Shown here: piece by piece, positions 8,566 through 18,924 of the stretch | Layout: each line of letters begins with the position of its first letter | Numbering within the stretch: position 1 is the first letter of the stretch | IMG/VR virus record: IMGVR_UViG_3300017963_000309 | Location: 1-57,176 of that record | Strand: one strand, 5' to 3' | DNA length: 57,176 nt | Source of the DNA: a virus | Lineage: Duplodnaviria; Caudoviricetes | Notes under the pieces: generated by a model | The model's database searches: none | Told to the model about the DNA's origin: nothing | Seen by the model: the letters and a program-made list of their open reading frames with translations, nothing else | Program-made: the position numbers and the translations under genes

Positions 8566-8889
8566 TTAAACTTTTTCTTTTTTTCTATTTTTGGCATCCC
8601 ATGCCTTCTTATATTTTCGAACTTTGTCCCGATTCTTTTCTCTCCAGTTTCTCATATATTCTCTTGACTTTTCTCTATTAGCCTTACGCCATTCATTTTG
8701 TTTAGCGTTATATTCTTCCCTGTTTTTTGCCCTACTTTTTAAGACGTGCCCTTTCACCCGTTCTCGAAATTCAGGGTCAGAATGGTATCTCGTTTTAAAA
8801 TAATTGTTACGATATTCACGAGCCTTTTGAATTTTTTCTTCCGGAGTCAATGCCTTGACTTTAGAAATTGCTGAATTATCTTTTGTCAT
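8566..8889 (-). CDS. basic helical protein with (W/Y)RxxNREK repeats
   Basis: Repeated KNREEY/ANREKS/KNRDKV; TTTATAA box shortly upstream of the ATG. Confidence 0.65.
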   Translation of the reverse strand: MTKDNSAISKVKALTPEEKIQKAREYRNNYFKTRYHSDPEFRERVKGHVLKSRAKNREEYNAKQNEWRKANREKSREYMRNWREKNRDKVRKYKKAWDAKNRKKEKV

Positions 8890-8961
8890 AGAATTGGTTT
8901 GTAATGAAAGTTTATAAAGATTTATTTAATCTTATTCAACCTTTGCAGGCGTTCAAGGCAT

Positions 8962-9174
8962 CTAAATCTTTTTACCTTTTTTATCAGACCTGTTGGCACG
9001 GGATTCCCAGTAAATATTTCCGCTTTTCGCTTCTCTCTTTCCCGGCAACTTTGCTTTAATCAAGGCATCTATTGCTTTGTTAGAAGTACCCACTTGATAC
9101 TTAAATTCTCTAAGCACTTTACCTTTCTTTTCTTTTTTCTTCGCCGCTTTAGGTCTTGTGTAAACACTAGCCAT
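8962..9174 (-). CDS. small basic protein
   Basis: Start reassigned to MASVYTRP, ~25 bp after a TTTAAA box; PGKR...YWESRANRSD. Confidence 0.55.
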   Translation of the reverse strand: MASVYTRPKAAKKKEKKGKVLREFKYQVGTSNKAIDALIKAKLPGKREAKSGNIYWESRANRSDKKGKKI

Positions 9175-9539
9175 TAAGAAATATAGGAAGCCGAACTTTA
9201 AATATGTTTTCATTCCATGTAACGATAGTAGTCATTAGAGGTGATTAAAATGTTAGGAATTAATTACCGATTTAGCCTCTCGCAGCCGTGAAGGTCGGTA
9301 TTTTTTTACTATTGGTTCTGATGCGTAGTGGGTAATTTAAGTATTTTTTTCTCCTGAAGAAACTCAGCAGGTTAATGTAATCGGTAAAAGATGTATCATT
9401 TCACCCCCGCAAAAAAAGTATTAAATTACTGACCTACCACCAGAGGTAAGAATTTCTCGGTAATTAATTATCTTTTTTAGGACTAGCTCGGTAAGTCGGT
9501 AAGAATATTCTATCTGTCAAGGCATTTCGGACTTGGCAT

Positions 9540-9601
9540 AAAAAAAAGCGAGAAAGGTAAATGGGGGATATGCGAATAAACCCTAGTAAACCCTTTCTCG
9601 C
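9540..9601 (-). terminator. stem-loop followed by a T-tract
   Basis: GCGAGAAAGG (9548-9557) / CCTTTCTCGC (9592-9601); A8 at 9540-9547 reads as U8 on the - strand. Confidence 0.5.
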
Positions 9602-9630
9602 TAATCTCGACTTTGGTATTAAAGTGAGTA

Positions 9631-9942
9631 TTAAATGTTACTAATCATGTTATTTGTTTCGTACTTATCTTTATTCTTCTTTAAATCATCTTCGGTATGA
9701 ATTAACTCTTTCAAATAGTTGTTAAGTTCTGCTTTTATCCCACTAAAAAAATCGTCAGCACAATCTAAACAAACTTTGTAACCACCCTTACCTAGACAAA
9801 CGCTACCTTTATTAATTGACTTGCGACACCTTATACACATTGTACCCTCAATAATTCGGCACGTTTTAATCATGTCATAATCAACCTTTTGTATGTTTGC
9901 TAGTCCTCTCCAATCAATCATTCCCATTTTATAACTCGTCAA
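9631..9942 (-). CDS. Zn-finger protein
   Basis: CIRC...CLDC. Confidence 0.6.
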   Translation of the reverse strand: MTSYKMGMIDWRGLANIQKVDYDMIKTCRIIEGTMCIRCRKSINKGSVCLGKGGYKVCLDCADDFFSGIKAELNNYLKELIHTEDDLKKNKDKYETNNMISNI

Positions 9943-10288
9943 GCACTGCTTCTTCTTTAGTTAAAATTTTGTAGTGACCTACCTCGTCAATACCGTCAAA
10001 ATAATTTTTAATCACTGCGTTCTCACTAACCCTTAACTTAATAGGGTGACCCTCAACCTTATCAATTAAAATATTAATATTGCCAATTTTAAAGTTCAGC
10101 ACATCATAAGTATATTGTTTACTATTAAATTCAATCAAGAAATCGTTCCACGTTTCACCAGCTTTACTCATAGTTTTTAATGGTGAGAATAAAATCTCGT
10201 CGCTAACTAAGTGATGTTTATGTTTACTTGACTTCTTATCTTTCTTTAGATTGCTTCTATTCAAGCCTTTTTTCTTAACTTTTACCAT
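9929..10288 (-). CDS. hypothetical protein
   Basis: 119-aa ORF coupled to the helicase. Confidence 0.6.
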   Translation of the reverse strand: MVKVKKKGLNRSNLKKDKKSSKHKHHLVSDEILFSPLKTMSKAGETWNDFLIEFNSKQYTYDVLNFKIGNINILIDKVEGHPIKLRVSENAVIKNYFDGIDEVGHYKILTKEEAVLDEL

Positions 10289-13223
10289 TTTTCTTCAATT
10301 TCGTCAATTTAAATCCTAAGTTATACATATTTTTCTTGTACTTATTAGTAATCTTCGGGATTAATCTTACGTCATACCTTTGATTATTCTTGTCTAAGAT
10401 GTAACTGATAACATTCGTGAAATAATAATTATCATCATCTTTTGCCATATCAAAAATGTTATATGTTGTGACTAAGTTCAATTTTGGATTATTTTGGTTC
10501 AGAACTAAATCCAAATCCTTTTGATAATATGAAAACGCCCCACAATAATCTAACCAAATGAAGTCAAACTTCTCACTAGGATTTTTCTTTAAATAAGTAT
10601 AAACTGAACAATTATGTAGTTCAATCTCTAAATCGCTGTCAAGTTTGATTAATGCTTCTTTCAACTTCTTGTACTCTTGATTGTTCGGGATTACTATTTT
10701 GTTTGGTCTAACTTTCCTTTTCTCTAATCGCTTAATACATTCAAGTGACGGACTTTCAAGGAGTAAAACGTTTTGATTATTCTTGATAAGGGATAAGATG
10801 TTATTTCTTATTTCGTTCTTATCTTCTTTAACTTTGAACCCTTTATCTTTTAATTTAAGTGTACCTTTATTTGTCCTTTTCTCTCCCCTTTTTACTGCGA
10901 CATCTTCGGACTTAACCTTATCATTGAATTTAAAATTACTCCTATAACCTTTAGGTCTAAATTTGACATTATTTCTAATTAAATATAATCTGATAGTATT
11001 AGGTGATACATTAAATTTATCAGCTATCTGCTTTTGTGTTGCCCCCATGTTGTACCACTTAATAACATCTTTATGTTTATCTCCGATTGTTGTTTCATTT
11101 CTATGTATAGCGTAACATTTAGTCGAACAAAAATCTTGAATACCATTTTCAGTACGAGATTTAAAATATTTCATCTTCTTTCCACAATTCTTACACTTAG
11201 ATTTTACTGTTCTTGAACCTTTAAACTCGTAATCACAATCTTCTCCGAAGATGTCTTTAATTGCATTTTTCCACTTATTATCATAATGTTTTATCAAAAC
11301 GGGATAACTATTACCAAACTCTGTCGTTTTCGGTATTCTGCCTAACTCTTTCGCTTTCGCTTTTAGTTCTTTTATGAGTTTCTCTTTTGGGATATTCAAT
11401 TCTCTTGCTTTTTCACCTAAACTTTTCAAGAACTTATTCCATGTTCCAAAATATGCTTCGTAAATACTCATACCATATTTAGAACCTTTCTTTAATTTCA
11501 TGTCAGAACTTAATGGCTTTCTTCCTAAAACCTTTTTCATTTGATAATAATTATCAATTAATTCTTGCTTACTTACTCGCTTCCTATTCATGTTATTGGC
11601 ACTAATCGGTTCTCCAATATGTTTTAAGAAGTCAGACCATTTCCCAAAATGTTTTTCATACTTCTTCAAATTGAACTTAGCCCCGTACTTTTTATTAGAA
11701 CTGAAATGTTTTTGTAATGGTCGTTTCCCGAGTTTCTTTTTCATCTTGTAATATTCGGTAATTAATTCCTCTTCCGTTACATCACGTCGTCTGCAATAAG
11801 GAGTTTCCCCCATACTTTCTAAGAATTGTTCCCATGAGTTCCAATATAATCGGTGAAAAAATGCACAATTATTACTTTCTCTTGCCTTTGGTACTCTACC
11901 CAACTTCTCTTTTAATTCTTTATACTCTTGGATTAATTGCTGTTTCGTTGGTCTTTTCTTCATTTGTTTAATGACGTCAAACTTGGTTCGTGTTAATCTA
12001 ATCTTGAAACGTGGGTTAAGTTCTATTAACTGATTTAGTTCTGATTGATTAAGATTACGGTATTTTATATCTGTTACTATATCATGTCCTATAACATCAC
12101 CTAATACTTCAAAATTGATATTACATCTTCTAGCGTTACCAGTGAAATCTAAGACTAATAAATCTTCTTTATTTTTTGACTTCCTTAACCCTCTACCAAC
12201 TTGTTGAGTGAAAATTATATGACTGCTTGTAGGTCTTAACATTATGATACTGTCACATGACGGAACATCAATCCCCTCATTAAACAAATCACGAACGAAG
12301 ATGATTTCGTATTCATTCTCTTTGAAGCCCTTAATGATTTTCTTTCTTTTCCCTCTTGAAATCTTATCAACGCTTAACAGATTTCTTCCAGTTAATGCGA
12401 CAGATTTAATGCCTTGACTATTGAAGTAATTAGCAAGTCTATGTGCGTGTTCAACCGTTGCGGAGAAACAAATAGTTTTTTTCTTCTTAAACTTCTTTTT
12501 GATTATATCCTCATACTCTTGTAGTATCGCTTCATCATACTTCTTGATACAAATCTTTTTATTCAAATCTTTCTCTGAATAACTTGAACCATTATATTTA
12601 ATCTTAGAAAAATCAATATCGTTATCGACACACCAGTAACTTAAATTTGTAAGTAAATTACTTTCTATCGCTTCATGCGTTTTCACTTCATACAACTTCT
12701 TACCAATAATTTTAAAGATACTTTTATTATCCATTCGGTAGGGAGTACCAGTCATTCCCAACATAAACTTTGGTTCAAAGTATTTTAATACTTCTCGGTA
12801 TGTACTAGCTTGGTAATGATGTGCTTCATCTACAATAATATAATCAAACTCTTTCTTGTCAAAATTTTCTAAACTCCTTGAAAGTGATTGAATAGTGCCA
12901 AAAGTACACTGTTCAATTTGTTTCTTATTTCCGTTATAATACCCGTAACAGATATTAAAATCTTTTAAACAACTTTGAAATTCTTTTTCATTCGCTTGTA
13001 AAAGGATATCATTATTGTGACAAATGTAGAGAAATGAAGCTTTAGGATTTCTTTTAAGTAAACTTTTAACCCATAACGCACTCATGAAAGTTTTCCCCGT
13101 ACCAGTAGGTAGAACTATAACGCCCCCCTTTTCTTTTGTCTTTGCTAAAATTTTCAAAGCTTCTTGTTGGTACTTGTTAGGTAAGAATACTTTCTGCGGT
13201 TCTTGTAGTATTTGTTTACTCAT
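10275..13223 (-). CDS. SF2 (Res/DEAH) helicase fused to homing-endonuclease-associated repeats, Zn finger, HTH and a methyltransferase-like C-terminus
   Basis: LPTGTGKT, IVDEAHH, GMTGTP, QQVGRGLR; four K.LGR.P...W repeats; FDFIWLDYCG. Confidence 0.85.
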   Translation of the reverse strand: MSKQILQEPQKVFLPNKYQQEALKILAKTKEKGGVIVLPTGTGKTFMSALWVKSLLKRNPKASFLYICHNNDILLQANEKEFQSCLKDFNICYGYYNGNKKQIEQCTFGTIQSLSRSLENFDKKEFDYIIVDEAHHYQASTYREVLKYFEPKFMLGMTGTPYRMDNKSIFKIIGKKLYEVKTHEAIESNLLTNLSYWCVDNDIDFSKIKYNGSSYSEKDLNKKICIKKYDEAILQEYEDIIKKKFKKKKTICFSATVEHAHRLANYFNSQGIKSVALTGRNLLSVDKISRGKRKKIIKGFKENEYEIIFVRDLFNEGIDVPSCDSIIMLRPTSSHIIFTQQVGRGLRKSKNKEDLLVLDFTGNARRCNINFEVLGDVIGHDIVTDIKYRNLNQSELNQLIELNPRFKIRLTRTKFDVIKQMKKRPTKQQLIQEYKELKEKLGRVPKARESNNCAFFHRLYWNSWEQFLESMGETPYCRRRDVTEEELITEYYKMKKKLGKRPLQKHFSSNKKYGAKFNLKKYEKHFGKWSDFLKHIGEPISANNMNRKRVSKQELIDNYYQMKKVLGRKPLSSDMKLKKGSKYGMSIYEAYFGTWNKFLKSLGEKARELNIPKEKLIKELKAKAKELGRIPKTTEFGNSYPVLIKHYDNKWKNAIKDIFGEDCDYEFKGSRTVKSKCKNCGKKMKYFKSRTENGIQDFCSTKCYAIHRNETTIGDKHKDVIKWYNMGATQKQIADKFNVSPNTIRLYLIRNNVKFRPKGYRSNFKFNDKVKSEDVAVKRGEKRTNKGTLKLKDKGFKVKEDKNEIRNNILSLIKNNQNVLLLESPSLECIKRLEKRKVRPNKIVIPNNQEYKKLKEALIKLDSDLEIELHNCSVYTYLKKNPSEKFDFIWLDYCGAFSYYQKDLDLVLNQNNPKLNLVTTYNIFDMAKDDDNYYFTNVISYILDKNNQRYDVRLIPKITNKYKKNMYNLGFKLTKLKKNGKS

Positions 13224-13323
13224 TTTATCTTCTCCTTAATTTCTATTAACAATCCCCTTATATCAAACAACAATTCGGGTATAGTTTCAAAACTATTATT
13301 CACTTCTTGCATTTCTTCTTTAG

Positions 13324-13752
13324 TTAATCTCGGCATTTTTCTTTCTCCATTTTTTCTTTAATTATCCTGTTATATGTTTGTTCATGTTTGACCTTAAATT
13401 CTTCTTCCGTCAAATTCTTGTAAATTCTTTCATCACATTTCTTACAATTATACTGTTCCCAGTATTTCCACTTATCCTTTGGTAAGGGCATTTTTGTGTC
13501 ATTCTTCCAATCCCAATCTCTTGTAGTAATTGTATAGTATTTTGGTTCATCTTCCAAATCATGTTTATCATCTCCGCAATCAATTCTTTTCGTTGTATAT
13601 TTTCTAATCGTTTCTGTTGTAAGCGTAAACTTCTCTCCACAAGTTTCACACTCGTATTCTTCTCCGTCACTGTCATCAAACTCCCAACTATCAGAATACT
13701 CATAGTTACAATGTGGACAAATTATCTCATCTTCATTAAAGTGTTCTACCAT
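13324..13752 (-). CDS. Zn-ribbon protein
   Basis: CPHC, CETC, CKKC. Confidence 0.65.
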   Translation of the reverse strand: MVEHFNEDEIICPHCNYEYSDSWEFDDSDGEEYECETCGEKFTLTTETIRKYTTKRIDCGDDKHDLEDEPKYYTITTRDWDWKNDTKMPLPKDKWKYWEQYNCKKCDERIYKNLTEEEFKVKHEQTYNRIIKEKMEKEKCRD

Positions 13753-13756
13753 TTTC

Positions 13757-14080
13757 TTAACTCACGTAAGGCGTAACCTTTTCCTTTTTAGTTTCCTTTT
13801 TCTCGTCATCATTTTCAAGTTGTTTAAGTAATTCTTTCAACATTTGTTTAACATCTTCTTTAGTTGGTTCTTTACTATTATCCCAACGGAGTAAACCCTC
13901 ATCACATTTGCAATTATAACATACATCACAATTCTCGTTAATCTCGTGAGGTTCTGCCCCACAACATTCACACGCACGACAACCGCCTTGAATATTGTAA
14001 GCACATTTTAATTGGTCACACTTAGTAGTTTTCATTTTAACTTGATAACTTCCCCCCAGTTTAATGCACTCTCTTGACAC
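13757..14080 (-). CDS. Cys-rich protein (start probably at MKTTKC)
   Basis: Multiple Cys clusters. Confidence 0.55.
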   Translation of the reverse strand: MSRECIKLGGSYQVKMKTTKCDQLKCAYNIQGGCRACECCGAEPHEINENCDVCYNCKCDEGLLRWDNSKEPTKEDVKQMLKELLKQLENDDEKKETKKEKVTPYVS

Positions 14081-15228
14081 CCGTTAGCACATAGTACCCA
14101 TAAAGTTCTAATTTCTTCTTCTGCTGGGTAGTCGGTATATCCGTCAGTAAAATTTATTACCAGTCTTGTGTTAGGAATATTTTCTTTCAAGTAATCATAA
14201 ATTGGCTTATGTGAAGTACCACCCCCGCCAGTAATTTTAATCTTGGATATCTCGTCATCATGCCCGTTACCCACATCATAAACTTCTTTGATATCACTAT
14301 CACAAATGATTATTTTCATTCTAAGGTTATTAAACGATTTTGCTATCCCTCTTATCTCTGTCATGAACTCGGTTAATTCTTGTTTAGAGATTGAAGCACT
14401 TGTATCTAAGCTTACCACAATCTCTATACTCTCCCGAAGTATGCTCGGCATATAAACGCCACAACTTACAGAACGTTTAGAGGGTCTGCTGTAAGTGTAA
14501 TCAAAGGGGAGTTCTCTCGTGATATACTTGTAAAGTAATTGCTTCCAATCGACTTTTTCATTAAGTAACTCGTCAATCATTAAAGTCATGCCTTGAGGTA
14601 ACTTACCCCTCTCTCTAGCAAAAGCACTAGCTTCTGCTACTGCCCGTTTCCATTTATCTTTGTTACCTTGAACGATTTCCCTTTTCTCTTTCCCGTCACC
14701 TTGAATATGTTTATCGAAACCGACGTATTGAATTTTGCCCTTTTTATCTAACTGCTTAAACAATTCTCGGTAAACTTGCTCGGCACTTTTCTTATCCAAA
14801 TCGTAAACCTTGACTTCCATGAAACTGCACATATGATTATATGGGATAAGGTTCACGCTGTTAGGTTCATTAAATCTTGGTAAACTTAACCCGTTCGTTA
14901 CGAGTATATCGTTTATTACCATATCACACGCCACGTTATACAACTCGGCACATTCAATCTTTTTGCCCCTACTCAAATGTTCTAAGACTATATGCATTAC
15001 TTCGTGAGCAAGAACTCCATGAAGTTCTTCATCTACAATCTTTAAAACGAACTTAGGATTATAATAACAATTCCCCTTACTATCAACAGCCATACTCGGC
15101 ATTTCCTTATCATCTACAACTTCTTTATACTTCATGTTCATTATGAGGTACGCAAAAAAGGGGTTAGTCTTTTGTAGTTTAACTTTCGCTTTCAAGATTT
15201 TTGTTTCTGCTTCTTTATTTTCTACCAT
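14032..15228 (-). CDS. metallopeptidase + vWA domain protein (DUF2201-like)
   Basis: AHEVMH, MIDAS-like DTSAS, GGGGT, FTDG. Confidence 0.88.
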   Translation of the reverse strand: MVENKEAETKILKAKVKLQKTNPFFAYLIMNMKYKEVVDDKEMPSMAVDSKGNCYYNPKFVLKIVDEELHGVLAHEVMHIVLEHLSRGKKIECAELYNVACDMVINDILVTNGLSLPRFNEPNSVNLIPYNHMCSFMEVKVYDLDKKSAEQVYRELFKQLDKKGKIQYVGFDKHIQGDGKEKREIVQGNKDKWKRAVAEASAFARERGKLPQGMTLMIDELLNEKVDWKQLLYKYITRELPFDYTYSRPSKRSVSCGVYMPSILRESIEIVVSLDTSASISKQELTEFMTEIRGIAKSFNNLRMKIIICDSDIKEVYDVGNGHDDEISKIKITGGGGTSHKPIYDYLKENIPNTRLVINFTDGYTDYPAEEEIRTLWVLCANGCQESALNWGEVIKLK

Positions 15229-15230
15229 GA

Positions 15231-15590
15231 TTATAATTTTCGTAATATTTTGTTCATTTCATTTAATTTTAATTCTTCTTGAACTTTCATTTTCTGCTTC
15301 TTTGTTAAGTGCCTTGACTTATGTATCTTCATCTCAATCATGAGATTGAATAAGTCCGTTCTTGTAACGTACCATGACCATTCTTTCCATGGGGCTTCAA
15401 TATTGAACCTTTTCATGTTATGATACTTACTCTTAATCGCTTCCCAAATTTCCCCACGAGTTAAAAACTTTCTCTTTGTATCATCTTTTTTCACTATTTC
15501 ATAAGTATTTTTCTCTCCCTTAACTTCCCTATAAGTGAAATACTTATGAAAATCTTCAATGTCTTTTCTTCGCTGTATTCTGTTTACCAT
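15231..15590 (-). CDS. hypothetical protein
   Basis: 119-aa ORF in the operon. Confidence 0.6.
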   Translation of the reverse strand: MVNRIQRRKDIEDFHKYFTYREVKGEKNTYEIVKKDDTKRKFLTRGEIWEAIKSKYHNMKRFNIEAPWKEWSWYVTRTDLFNLMIEMKIHKSRHLTKKQKMKVQEELKLNEMNKILRKL

Positions 15591-15686
15591 TTGAACGCCC
15601 TCAATCAGTAAAGCAATACCGACTTCTGCACATATAATGCAATAAATCGGTATTACTTTACTCCTTTAACCATCTAAAAAAGTATT

Positions 15687-16757
15687 TTAGGACAAAATGT
15701 CCGCATAACTTTTCAATAAATCAACACCTTTTTTGGAGTTGGTGATTGATTTTCGGAAATGTGCTTCGTCAGTATTCTTCAAAAACCTTAATAGAAGTAT
15801 AGAAAATTCCGCTTCTAAGTGGTCACATAACGGTAAGATTTTCTCGAACAGTTTCTTGTCTGCTCGATATCGTTCCGCAACCGTACCGATTAAAACATAT
15901 TTTAAATCAATTTCTTCAATCTTCTTTACTTGTTTTGGTTCTTTAAAGATATTATCCAAATCAATTTTAGTCTGCAATCTTAGGAAAGCGACGAACTCTT
16001 TAGCTGTACCCTCTCCCACGCTTGAACCAATAAGTTGCTCTACTTGCTTCTTATCTTTCCGACCTTTAATTAATCGGCTACAAAAAGCCCAACTTCTCGG
16101 AGTAGGAAACGCTTTATCTTTATTCTTATCCCCAATCTTGTAAAGTGTGTCGGATTTAAAATTTAAGAAAGCTATAATGTTCCCGTCGATATTATGCTTC
16201 ATAGCCCACTCACTCCAATTTTCTACTGTTGGAATATCTAACTCGGCATGAATAAACCGATTACATAAAGCACTACTCATATCGAACACATTACATTTAT
16301 CTTCCATACGATTACCAGCACTAATGATTACCCAACCGTTAGGTAGAACGTAATCACCAACACGCCTATCCAAAATTAATTGGTAAGCTACCGCTTGAAT
16401 AGAGGGCGGACTTAAATTCAGTTCATCAAAGAATATAATGCCTTGACTATCTTCATCTCTTGGTAACCAGTTCGGGAATAACCATTTAGTAGTGCCCTCT
16501 TTCACGTCTTGAATAGGCAACCCTCTAAGGTCACTCGGTTCTAATTGTGAAATACGCACATCAAGAAAACCAAACTTCTCTTTATCGTTAGCATTTTCGG
16601 TAAATTCTAACTCTTTACTTTTAGCAATCTCTTGTGCCACTTGCTTAATCGTTTGACTTTTCCCAATACCAACACCGCCCCAAACAAATAATGGAGTTTT
16701 AGTTTCGTAAGCAATCTGTAAATGCTCTTTCAATTCCGCATGATTTATATTAACCAT
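15687..16757 (-). CDS. MoxR-like AAA+ ATPase
   Basis: WGGVGIGKS, DLRGLP, FFDELN, AGNR, ALCNRF, PTPRSW. Confidence 0.9.
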   Translation of the reverse strand: MVNINHAELKEHLQIAYETKTPLFVWGGVGIGKSQTIKQVAQEIAKSKELEFTENANDKEKFGFLDVRISQLEPSDLRGLPIQDVKEGTTKWLFPNWLPRDEDSQGIIFFDELNLSPPSIQAVAYQLILDRRVGDYVLPNGWVIISAGNRMEDKCNVFDMSSALCNRFIHAELDIPTVENWSEWAMKHNIDGNIIAFLNFKSDTLYKIGDKNKDKAFPTPRSWAFCSRLIKGRKDKKQVEQLIGSSVGEGTAKEFVAFLRLQTKIDLDNIFKEPKQVKKIEEIDLKYVLIGTVAERYRADKKLFEKILPLCDHLEAEFSILLLRFLKNTDEAHFRKSITNSKKGVDLLKSYADILS

Positions 16758-16793
16758 TTTTTATTTTTGAACCCCCTTACAGTAATCTTCATT

Positions 16794-17651
16794 TTAAATA
16801 TTCTCCAACGCTTCGTAAGTAATAGCTATCTCACTAACTACTTCATCTAATTTATTTTCCTTATCCTCATTACTAGACTTATCCGCAATATGCTTTTTAA
16901 TCGCATGAATTATATTATCTGTTTTTTCGTCTAGTAATTCATCATAAACAATTAATTTACTTAGATTAAACCTCATAATGTCGTGGGGTAAAATCTTTTC
17001 ACGATTTAGGAAAGTTCCAAAATCTGAACCGTCGTATTCCATTAATTTTTCTATCCTCGCTTCGTCGATATCTATTTCGTTAATTTCCCCGTCAGTATCA
17101 AACTTAACACTTGTTTCATTATCAATAGAAACCTCATTATATCCATTATCTAAATTGAAGCTAAGGTTTTGAAAAGCGGTCGCTAGTTTCAAGAAATCTT
17201 TCCTATTTCTGCTTAAAATATTATCCGCAATATCAAGGCATAAGTCTTGGTCTTTTAATATCTGCATTAATACTATGAAATTATCACTGTTCATACTATA
17301 ACCGCCTGTAAGTTGCCACTCATCAACTAAAGGGTTTAATTGACAACCATAACTTACAATGCCTAGACCGTTACAATTAATTCCAATTTCAACATCATTT
17401 CTTGAATAATAACCTGTCCTGTTTGTTAAATGGAATTTATCCCTTATCTTCTTTTTCTTGGTAACACTCGTCAAGGCGTGGATTAACTTCGGCAACTTTT
17501 TAAGAAAACTTTTTTGGTTCGTGTTGGCTATTTTATCCTTTAATTCTTTCAAGGCATTATTTACGTTACTTCTGTTCTTTAAAAGTGGTTTAAAATGTTC
17601 TTGTAGTTTCTCTTGCAATTTTTCGTTTCGTTTCAAGGCGTTCTTTTTCAT
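16794..17651 (-). CDS. hypothetical protein
   Basis: 285-aa ORF. Confidence 0.7.
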   Translation of the reverse strand: MKKNALKRNEKLQEKLQEHFKPLLKNRSNVNNALKELKDKIANTNQKSFLKKLPKLIHALTSVTKKKKIRDKFHLTNRTGYYSRNDVEIGINCNGLGIVSYGCQLNPLVDEWQLTGGYSMNSDNFIVLMQILKDQDLCLDIADNILSRNRKDFLKLATAFQNLSFNLDNGYNEVSIDNETSVKFDTDGEINEIDIDEARIEKLMEYDGSDFGTFLNREKILPHDIMRFNLSKLIVYDELLDEKTDNIIHAIKKHIADKSSNEDKENKLDEVVSEIAITYEALENI

Positions 17652-17653
17652 AT

Positions 17654-18037
17654 TTATATCTTCCTAGCCAAATAATCTGCATGAGAATTAATATCCTCAT
17701 AGATTAGCTGTTTTAGTTCTTCCGTATTATGTAAAATTATGTTAGGTTTATTTTGTACCATATCTTTAAAACAACTAAAACCGAGTGCTCTCGCTAGTTC
17801 CCCTTTATGTTTTGCTGTTGTCATGCTGTACCCGTCACCATTAAATAAATATGTTCCGTCTTTCAATTTCACGCATAAAGGGAAATGGTAACCGTAAGAA
17901 TATAAAACTAATTTCCCGTTTTTGCTTTCACTAAAAAGGTTTTTTACTTGGGCTTCTTGCCCATATACAAACTCTTGTGCTACTTCGCTATTTTTCATCT
18001 TAAAAAATCTCCCCGTTTTCAGTGAATTTATATTCAT
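17654..18037 (-). CDS. hypothetical protein (start probably at MKNSEV)
   Basis: LYSYGYHFP...YSMTTAKH, a pattern typical of viral early proteins. Confidence 0.65.
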   Translation of the reverse strand: MNINSLKTGRFFKMKNSEVAQEFVYGQEAQVKNLFSESKNGKLVLYSYGYHFPLCVKLKDGTYLFNGDGYSMTTAKHKGELARALGFSCFKDMVQNKPNIILHNTEELKQLIYEDINSHADYLARKI

Positions 18038-18551
18038 TAATTTGAATATTATCTTTTATGTTTTCGTCACTGTCTTGATATTCAATTTCTTCATAACCAA
18101 TTTTTTCCAACTTTTTACAAATATCATGATAGAACTCATTAAACTCATTTTCAGTTTTTTCATATTCTTTAATTTTTATTAATTGAAGTTCTTCTGTCAA
18201 ATCTCCGTCATTTTCTTCATCTTCTAGTTCTTCCATTTCAATATCAATAGTATTAGAGTGACAATAATAATTGCTTAAATTCCCCTCTTTACAATAAAAC
18301 CTAACGCCTTGAAATTCAAAAGCCCCAACAAAACTTAACCCGTCACCCTTAGAATATCCTAAAGAATACCTTAAACGTGGTTCATCAAGGCACTTAATCT
18401 TATACTCTTCCAATATCTCTCTTAAGTGTTCTTGTAGATTTTCTTCTAAAAAATGATAATCATTAGTTTCTCGAAAATGATTTAAAACTTTTTCTTGAAT
18501 ATCTTCTTTTAGTTCTTCAAAATCATATACAATTATTGTTTTTTGTTCCAT
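18000..18551 (-). CDS. acidic hypothetical protein
   Basis: 183 aa; YDFEEL...NEYKFTENG. Confidence 0.7.
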   Translation of the reverse strand: MEQKTIIVYDFEELKEDIQEKVLNHFRETNDYHFLEENLQEHLREILEEYKIKCLDEPRLRYSLGYSKGDGLSFVGAFEFQGVRFYCKEGNLSNYYCHSNTIDIEMEELEDEENDGDLTEELQLIKIKEYEKTENEFNEFYHDICKKLEKIGYEEIEYQDSDENIKDNIQINEYKFTENGEIF

Positions 18552-18552
18552 A

Positions 18553-18792
18553 TTATAATTTATTAATAGTGTTCATATTTTCCACTACTTCTTTTAGTTC
18601 TTGATTATTTGAAATAAGGCTTTTAATAACTGTTTCAAATTCATAAGACTCCCATGTTCTATTATAATAACAAGCTTTTGTTTTGTCAATTTCTACGCCG
18701 TTCTTATAAAGAACTGCTAAATGTCTAAAACCGTACCGTGTGTTTTCACTCCAACACTTTATACTAAAATCTCCATATTCTACTGTTTTCAT
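18553..18792 (-). CDS. hypothetical protein
   Basis: Start MKTVEYG after GGAG RBS; YYNRTWESYEF. Confidence 0.65.
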   Translation of the reverse strand: MKTVEYGDFSIKCWSENTRYGFRHLAVLYKNGVEIDKTKACYYNRTWESYEFETVIKSLISNNQELKEVVENMNTINKL

Positions 18793-18793
18793 T

Positions 18794-18924
18794 TTTTTAT
18801 CTCCGTATCTCCCTCTAATATAGTGAGAAGAAAAACCCACTTAATCAAGTGCCTTTATAGTGCCTTGATTTATGTTTTTATCTCCGTATCTCCCTCTAAT
18901 ATAGTGAGAAGAAAAACCCACTTA
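18794..18924 (-). promoter_or_regulatory. 50-bp direct repeat (18794-18843, 18875-18924), putative early promoter/RBS unit; degenerate copies at ~19104-19152 and ~20270-20297
   Basis: Exact duplicate; - strand reads TAAGTGGGTTTTTCTTCTCACTATATTAGAGGGAGATACGGAG upstream of a start codon. Confidence 0.65.
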
